NCBI GenBank assembly: GCA_040401815.1
Contig: JBBANT010000001.1
Span: 34,521 to 98,520, forward strand
From: Ilumatobacteraceae bacterium
Lineage (GTDB): Bacteria > Actinomycetota > Acidimicrobiia > Acidimicrobiales > Ilumatobacteraceae
DNA length: 64,000 bases
Direction of reading: 5' to 3'
The notes under the pieces were generated by a model, which made no database searches, was not told the DNA's origin, and worked only from the letters and a program-made list of their open reading frames with translations. Below, in pieces: positions 58,702-64,000 of this stretch. A program made the translations under genes and the position numbers. Numbering within the stretch: the stretch's first letter is position 1; each line of letters starts with the position of its first letter.

Positions 58702-59715
58702 TCAGGCGAGGTTTTCGCCGCCGAAGAGCTCGCTCACGCTGGTTTCTTCGAACACAGCTGCTAACGCGTCGGCAATGATCTTGGCAACCGACAGCACCTC
58801 GATGCGGTCAATGCGCTTTTCCTCGGCCAACGGGATGGTGTTGGTGAGCACCACACGGCTAATTGACGACTTTTTCAGGCGGTCGATCGCTGGGTCAGAC
58901 AACACGCCGTGGGTAGCCATTGCCCACACTTCTTTGGCGCCACGAGCCAACAGCAAGTCGGCAGCCGAAGTGATGGTGCCAGCAGTGTCGATCATGTCGT
59001 CGGTGAGCACGCACAAACGGCCCTCGACATCGCCGATGACTTCTTTGGCGCTCGACACATTGACCGAATTTTTCTCGCGGCGTTTATAGACGAATGCGAC
59101 GTCGGCGCTCATGTCGGCCAGGTGCTGGGCGAATCGTTCGGCGACTTTTACGCGACCAGTATCAGGCGAGACAATCACCACGCCTTCGCGCGCATTTTCG
59201 CGCAGATATTTTTCGAGTACAGGCATGGCGGTGAGGTGGTCGACGGGGCCATCAAAGAAGCCCTGAATTTGCCCGCTGTGCAAATCCACCGACACCATTC
59301 GCTTCGAGCCCGCTGCTTTGAACATGTCGGCCACGACGCGCGCAGTGATCGGTTCGCGACCTGCGGCTTTGCGGTCTTGGCGGGCGTATCCGTAAAACGG
59401 GCATACCGCGGTAACACGTTTTGCCGACGCGCGATAGGCGGCATCAATCATGATGAGCTGTTCCATAATTGCGTCATTGATGCTGTGGCCGTTGTGGCCG
59501 AAGTGCGATTGCATGATGAACACGTCGCCACCGCGAATGCTTTCGCCGAAGCGCGGTCGAATCTCGCCATTGGCGAACTCCACCACGTCGGCTTCACCGA
59601 GGGTGATGTTGAGGTGGCCAGCAACCTCGCGCGCGAGTGCCGGGTGGGCACGACCGCTGTAGAGCACCATCCGCTTGGTGGTGACTTTGTCGATCGATTT
59701 GTTCACTACGGGCAA
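58702..59715 (-). CDS. prs: Ribose-phosphate pyrophosphokinase
   Basis: ARQDRK, VDLHSGQIQGFF and the DDMIDTAGT PRPP loop are present. The start is uncertain (TTG 59715 or GTG 59706). Confidence 0.95.
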   Translation of the reverse strand: MPVVNKSIDKVTTKRMVLYSGRAHPALAREVAGHLNITLGEADVVEFANGEIRPRFGESIRGGDVFIMQSHFGHNGHSINDAIMEQLIMIDAAYRASAKRVTAVCPFYGYARQDRKAAGREPITARVVADMFKAAGSKRMVSVDLHSGQIQGFFDGPVDHLTAMPVLEKYLRENAREGVVIVSPDTGRVKVAERFAQHLADMSADVAFVYKRREKNSVNVSSAKEVIGDVEGRLCVLTDDMIDTAGTITSAADLLLARGAKEVWAMATHGVLSDPAIDRLKKSSISRVVLTNTIPLAEEKRIDRIEVLSVAKIIADALAAVFEETSVSELFGGENLA

Positions 59716-59760
59716 TCATAGAACGCAAGGCACTGGGCGCCCCATTTGACACGTTTTAAC

Positions 59761-59834
59761 TGGTTCCGGGGAGAGGATTCGAACCCCTATAAGCGGGACC
59801 AAAACCCGCTGTCCTGCCATTGAACGACCCCGGA
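59761..59834 (-). tRNA. tRNA-Gln (anticodon UUG), CCA encoded
   Basis: Folded by hand on the reverse complement. The acceptor is TCCGGGG/CCCCGGA, the D-stem is GTTC/GGAC, the anticodon stem-loop is GCGGG-TT-TTG-GT-CCCGC, the T-arm is AGGGG-TTCGAAT-CCTCT and the 3' end is ACCA. Confidence 0.9.
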
Positions 59835-59884
59835 AAGACTCCAAGCGCAGATGCGCCTTATTTCAGGGTAGCGTCTTGCCTCGC

Positions 59885-59980
59885 ATGGGATCACTCGTCA
59901 AGCGTCGCCGCAAGCGAATGCGCAAAAAGAAGCACAAGAAGATGCTTCGTCGCACTCGCCACCAACGCGCCAACAAATAA
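59885..59980 (+). CDS. Small basic ribosomal protein bS22 (31 aa; actinobacterial)
   Basis: ATG 59885 to TAA 59978-59980 translates to MGSLVKRRRKRMRKKKHKKMLRRTRHQRANK. This matches the conserved MGS(V/L).KRRRKRM.KKKH(R/K)K.LR.TR pattern. It is below the size cut-off of the ORF track. Confidence 0.85.
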   Translation: MGSLVKRRRKRMRKKKHKKMLRRTRHQRANK

Positions 59981-60037
59981 CTTCGCTTCGCAACCGCGCT
60001 AGTCGGCAGACATAGTCGGCAGACAAAGTCAGCTGCG

Positions 60038-60817
60038 CTAATCAGCGCGTGTGACAATCACCGTCGCATCGGCAAGCGCTTCGGCAATCTCATATCGTCC
60101 ACGTAAAAACCATGTGGCACCGCTGCCCGCCAAAGTTGGTGCAGCACCAGCCGCTTCGCGAATGCGATCACGCCACAGCGCCAAGCGTGGCTCGACCACG
60201 ATGGCGGCTGCCTCGAGATCGTTGATTGCTGCACGTTGCGCCGGCACTGCAAGTTCGTCCCAAGCGCGATACACCGCAGGGGTTGACACAAACAACGGTG
60301 GCACAATCAGGGTCACCACGAGCGGCTCGCTGTTGCCCGGGTTGGGTGCAACGGGTTCGACCACTTCGCCAATGCCACGCACTCGTGCTCGGCCGCCGAC
60401 CATACAAAACGCAATGTCTGCGCCAACGCGCGACGCAGCAACTAGGTCGGTAAAACCTGCCCAACGCAACACTGCAGCGGCGTCGGCCGAGCCACCGCCC
60501 AGACCGCCGCCGTTGGGAATCTGCTTGTCTATATGAACGCCCGCATCGCGTTGCGCCAACTGCAATGCACGCGCCACCAAGTTGTCAGCACTGGTGGGCA
60601 CGCCATCGGCAAATGGCCCACTCACGCTGATGCCCGTGCCTTGCGCGTCGATCTGCAAGGTGTCGCACAACGCCAAGGTGGTCATTTCAGCATCGATGAG
60701 ATGAAAGCCGTCGTTGCGTACGCCCACCACGTGCAGCGACAACGTGAGTTTGGCTGGCGCTTCTACGACGGAAACCGACTGTGTTTCTGAAGTGCTGTCT
60801 TTAGGTAGCCCAGTCAT
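60038..60817 (-). CDS. ispE: 4-(cytidine 5'-diphospho)-2-C-methyl-D-erythritol kinase
   Basis: APAKLTLSLHVVG and KQIPNGGGLGGGSADAAAVL (GHMP kinase motif) are present. Confidence 0.92.
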   Translation of the reverse strand: MTGLPKDSTSETQSVSVVEAPAKLTLSLHVVGVRNDGFHLIDAEMTTLALCDTLQIDAQGTGISVSGPFADGVPTSADNLVARALQLAQRDAGVHIDKQIPNGGGLGGGSADAAAVLRWAGFTDLVAASRVGADIAFCMVGGRARVRGIGEVVEPVAPNPGNSEPLVVTLIVPPLFVSTPAVYRAWDELAVPAQRAAINDLEAAAIVVEPRLALWRDRIREAAGAAPTLAGSGATWFLRGRYEIAEALADATVIVTRAD

Positions 60818-61665
60818 TGAGTAGCCGTGTCGTTGATGTGCGCGCGTCGGGCGTTGATCGCCAGCGTGAGGCGCGACCAGTCGTCAATGGCGAGCTGCTC
60901 GGCACGCGCCTGCGGGTCGACGTTGGCAGCCACGAAATCTTCGTTGACCGCCACGCCGTCAAGCGCGCGGCGCAACATTTTGCGGCGGGTGGCAAAGCCT
61001 TGGCGAATCAAAGCAAACATGTCGGCAAACGGTGCACTCACCGCTGGTTGGTCGCGCCGTGTGATTTCGACGAGCGATGATGACACTCGCGGACGCGGCA
61101 AAAACACCGCCGACGACACCTCGCCGACGATTCGCGCAGTGGCCCAGTAACCCACCTTCACACTCACGGCACCAAAAGCGTCGCTGCCTGGTTGCGCCAC
61201 TAGTCGCTGGGCGACTTCTTTTTGCACCATCACCAACAGTCGCTGCACCTGCGCAACTTGGTCGAGCAAGTCGGCAACGAGTGGTGTGGCCACGTTGTAC
61301 GGAAGATTAGCGACCACAGTCCAACGTGGGGCATCAGCCAGCAACACATTCCAATCCAGTCGCATCGCGTCGTCGTGCACCACTTTTACATTGGTGAGTG
61401 ACGCCACATTTTCACGCAACACTTCGACGAGCCCCGAATCAATCTCAACGGCAACCACCTGTGCACCGGTTTCGGCAAGGGCCATCGTGAGTGCGCCAAG
61501 GCCTGCGCCGATTTCCACCACGTGGTCGCCTGGGCCAACACGAGCCAGCGTTGCGATGCGTCGCACAGTTTCGGGTTCAACAACAAAGTTCTGCCCGAAA
61601 GTTCGTCGTGGCGCCAGGCCGTGGCGCGCCAGCAACTCCGACGTTTGCGAGCGGGTGAGAGTCAC
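60814..61665 (-). CDS. rsmA: 16S rRNA (adenine1518/1519-N6)-dimethyltransferase
   Basis: FGQNFVVEP, the VVEIGAGLGALT SAM motif and VANLPYNVATP are present. Confidence 0.95.
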   Translation of the reverse strand: MTLTRSQTSELLARHGLAPRRTFGQNFVVEPETVRRIATLARVGPGDHVVEIGAGLGALTMALAETGAQVVAVEIDSGLVEVLRENVASLTNVKVVHDDAMRLDWNVLLADAPRWTVVANLPYNVATPLVADLLDQVAQVQRLLVMVQKEVAQRLVAQPGSDAFGAVSVKVGYWATARIVGEVSSAVFLPRPRVSSSLVEITRRDQPAVSAPFADMFALIRQGFATRRKMLRRALDGVAVNEDFVAANVDPQARAEQLAIDDWSRLTLAINARRAHINDTATQ

Positions 61666-62162
61666 CAGGTGATGGAAACAGGAATCGGTGCGTTGACCAG
61701 ATCAGAAAGCCCGACGAACAACTGGGTGTGCACCACGATGGTCACATTGGCTGGGGTGGACGGCATCATCACGTTGGAACACGTAATAGTGCGTCCGTTG
61801 TTGAGGTTTTTCACCGACAGCCGCACGCCATAGGGCGCCTGCGGGCAATTGCAGATGGTGACAGGAGCGCCGTTGAAACTGCTGAACGTTGCGAGCCCGG
61901 TGAGTTTGGCGGTGTCGGCGCTCGGATACGCAGTTGGGGCAGTGCCCGTTGGTGCCACACCAATCGGCCCCGACAAAAACACTGGGGCGGGCGAATCGTT
62001 TGCGTCAGGCTGGCTCGGTGCAATTTCGATACCTGCGGCGGCCACAGAGGCCACTTCGGCCTGCGGTTCACCGCGCGTAAAGAAAATCACCGCTGGCACA
62101 ACAAGAAGTGTGAAGAGCCCAACGAGGGTCACGCGGCGACGGTCGCGAACAGTGAGAAACAC
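61662..62162 (-). CDS. Membrane-anchored secreted protein in the rpfB/yabE slot; possible RlpA-like double-psi beta-barrel domain (weak)
   Basis: The N-terminal TM span is VTLVGLFTLLVVPAVIFF. The C-terminal ~90 aa (GLATFSSF...APYGVRLSVKNLNNGRTITC...IPVSITW) loosely fit a DPBB pattern. Confidence 0.45.
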   Translation of the reverse strand: MFLTVRDRRRVTLVGLFTLLVVPAVIFFTRGEPQAEVASVAAAGIEIAPSQPDANDSPAPVFLSGPIGVAPTGTAPTAYPSADTAKLTGLATFSSFNGAPVTICNCPQAPYGVRLSVKNLNNGRTITCSNVMMPSTPANVTIVVHTQLFVGLSDLVNAPIPVSITW

Positions 62163-62173
62163 GCTGGCAAACG

Positions 62174-62998
62174 CTAGCGAGAGATACCCGGAAACGCCCG
62201 ATGAGCGTTAGCCACAGTGCTTTGCGCAACAGTGGCCACACTTTCGCCGCGCGTGTGCGCCAAACATTCACCAACCAGTCGCACGTGTGCAGGCTCGTTT
62301 TCTTTGCCACGATGTGGCACTGGCGTGAGCCACGGTGCGTCGGTTTCGGTGAGCAGTTTGTCGGCGGGGCAGAATTTCGCCGCGCGACGAATGTCGTCGG
62401 CTTTGTTGAAAGTAACGATGCCCGAAAATGACAACCATGCACCGCGTTGCACTGCTTGTCGAGCCTCGGCTTCGTCACCGGTGAAGCAGTGAAACACCAC
62501 GCGCTCGGGCATGCCTTCGCCATCGAGCACATCAAATGTGTCGGGCCACGCGTTGCGGGTGTGAATGACGAGCGTCAAATCCAATTGCTTGGCTAATGCG
62601 ATTTGCTGGGCGAACGCTGTGCGTTGCACATCGCGTTCAGAGTGGTCGTAGTAAAAATCAAGACCACACTCACCAATTGCCACGATTTTCTGTGTTTCGA
62701 GCTGGGCGGCAGTCAACCCATCCACGAAGGGCAGCACGGTGTCGACACCCAATTTGGCATCGTGGGGGTGCAAACCAACCGTGGCCCACACGTTGTGGTG
62801 GCGAGCAGCAACGGAAAGCGCTTGCTGCGTGGTGTTGGCATCGGTGCCAATCACTATCACTTTGTTTACGTCGTGGGCGGTGGCATTGGCGATGGATGCA
62901 TCGGCACCACCCGGTGTGCGTTCGTCATACACGTGACAGTGCGTGTCAACCCACTGCACAGTATTTGCAGCAGACACGTTTTCTGTGGACACGTTCAT
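62174..62998 (-). CDS. tatD: TatD-family metal-dependent hydrolase
   Basis: WVDTHCHV, ...IGECGLDFYY, ...VIHTRNA and ...ETDAPWL motifs are present. Confidence 0.92.
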   Translation of the reverse strand: MNVSTENVSAANTVQWVDTHCHVYDERTPGGADASIANATAHDVNKVIVIGTDANTTQQALSVAARHHNVWATVGLHPHDAKLGVDTVLPFVDGLTAAQLETQKIVAIGECGLDFYYDHSERDVQRTAFAQQIALAKQLDLTLVIHTRNAWPDTFDVLDGEGMPERVVFHCFTGDEAEARQAVQRGAWLSFSGIVTFNKADDIRRAAKFCPADKLLTETDAPWLTPVPHRGKENEPAHVRLVGECLAHTRGESVATVAQSTVANAHRAFPGISR

Positions 62999-63007
62999 AT
63001 TCTCTGC

Positions 63008-64000
63008 TCAGGCCTTTTTGCGCGGGAAGAGTGGCTCACCTTTTTCTACAACTGATCCACCGGGGTACAGCCCCCACTGGGTGTCGACGCCGACTCGACA
63101 TTCGTCGATGCGCCCAGCCAAGCCGATGCGCCGCCAAATTTCTTGCGATGTCGTGGGCAGGGCAGGGTTGGCCAAAATCACCACGATGCGCAGCGCTTCG
63201 AGTGCATCACCCATCACGGCGTCGACGGCGGTGCCAGGTTCCATCTTCCATGGTTCGTGCTGTTCGAGATGGGCATTGGTGGCGCGAATTAAGTTCCACG
63301 TTGCTTCAAGAGCACGACTTGGTTGCGCTCCACGCCATGCTGCGTCTGCATCCCGCACCACATCGGTGGCCACTTGGGCCAACAGTGAATCGGGTCGTGG
63401 CGCTGGCCCACGACCGCCACATTTCTTTTCGACCACGGTTGCCACACGTGCGGCCAAGTTGCCGAGGTTGTTGGCCAAGTCAGAGTTGTAACGCGCCACC
63501 AAACCTTCATACGAAAAATCGCCGTCGTTGCCATAGACCGTGTCGGCGAGCAGGTAATAGCGGAAGCCGTCGACGCCGAACTCGTCAATGAGTTCAAGCG
63601 GGCTCACTACGTTGCCCGTGGTCTTCGACATCTTTTCGCCACCGACCATCAAAAACCCGCCCACGGCCCAGCCTTTGGGTGGTTCAATGCCCGCCGACAT
63701 GAGCATCGCGGGCCAATACACGCAATGAAATCGAATGATGTCTTTGCCGATGAAGTGCCAGTCCACCGGCCAGCGCTCGGCGAATTGCTGGTCGTCGGTG
63801 CCGTAGCCATGGGCAGTGATGTAGTTGGAGAGTGCATCAAACCACACGTAGGTCACGTGTTGGTTGTCCCATGGTAGGGGAATGCCCCATTTAAGGGTCT
63901 TGCGGCTCACCGAAAAGTCGTTGAGCCCACCTTTAATGAACCCGATTACTTCGTTGCGGCGAAAGTTGGGCGAGATTGCATCGGGGTGTTTGTCATACCA
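63008..64000 (-). CDS. metG: Methionyl-tRNA synthetase, C-terminal two-thirds (5' end beyond the right edge)
   Basis: VSRKTLKWGIPLPWD...VTYVWFDALSNY...GKDIIRFHCVYWPAMLM...KMSKTTGNV includes the KMSKS motif. The frame stays open to base 64000. Confidence 0.95.
   Translation of the reverse strand, partial: WYDKHPDAISPNFRRNEVIGFIKGGLNDFSVSRKTLKWGIPLPWDNQHVTYVWFDALSNYITAHGYGTDDQQFAERWPVDWHFIGKDIIRFHCVYWPAMLMSAGIEPPKGWAVGGFLMVGGEKMSKTTGNVVSPLELIDEFGVDGFRYYLLADTVYGNDGDFSYEGLVARYNSDLANNLGNLAARVATVVEKKCGGRGPAPRPDSLLAQVATDVVRDADAAWRGAQPSRALEATWNLIRATNAHLEQHEPWKMEPGTAVDAVMGDALEALRIVVILANPALPTTSQEIWRRIGLAGRIDECRVGVDTQWGLYPGGSVVEKGEPLFPRKKA

Overview
This is a high-GC bacterial chromosome segment. Single 60-nt lines spot-count at about 62% GC. 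It is very probably Actinomycetota. The gene order reproduces three neighbourhoods known from Mycobacterium tuberculosis: (1) rplM-rpsI-glmM...acpS-alr-tsaE-tsaB-rimI-tsaD...groES-groEL; (2) an Rv0991c-like gene with galU and moeA; (3) metG-tatD-(rpfB slot)-rsmA-ispE...prs-ctc-pth-mfd-mazG-eno-ftsB-DUF501-ppx. The window also encodes the actinobacterial mini ribosomal protein bS22. I can support about 75 protein genes, 2 tRNAs (Ala-CGC, Gln-UUG), a perfect CIRCE operator upstream of groES and a few small repeats. I saw no rRNA, CRISPR array, transposase or integrase. Most of the window is ordinary housekeeping. The parts worth a second look are: (a) a 1149-aa GlmS-like protein in the conserved glmS slot, with a ~145-aa insertion in the amidotransferase domain and a ~300-aa C-terminal extension; (b) a low-GC (~47% spot count) islet holding two tandemly duplicated LuxR-type regulators with aspartate-less pseudo-receiver domains, where the duplication junction keeps a relic of the neighbouring GNAT gene end; (c) an ~11.5-kb form-II CoxL-type molybdoenzyme cluster (coxL, coxS, coxM, coxD, coxE, two xdhC genes, mocA, coxG) that splits the conserved eno-ftsB / DUF501-ppx block and has a DrrABC-like ABC exporter wedged between coxL and coxS; (d) a cysteine-less homologue of the FmdB/Ruc zinc-ribbon protein. 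I did not find a clear-cut novel multi-gene system such as a defence island. All functional statements rest on reading the translated ORFs by eye; no database search was run.
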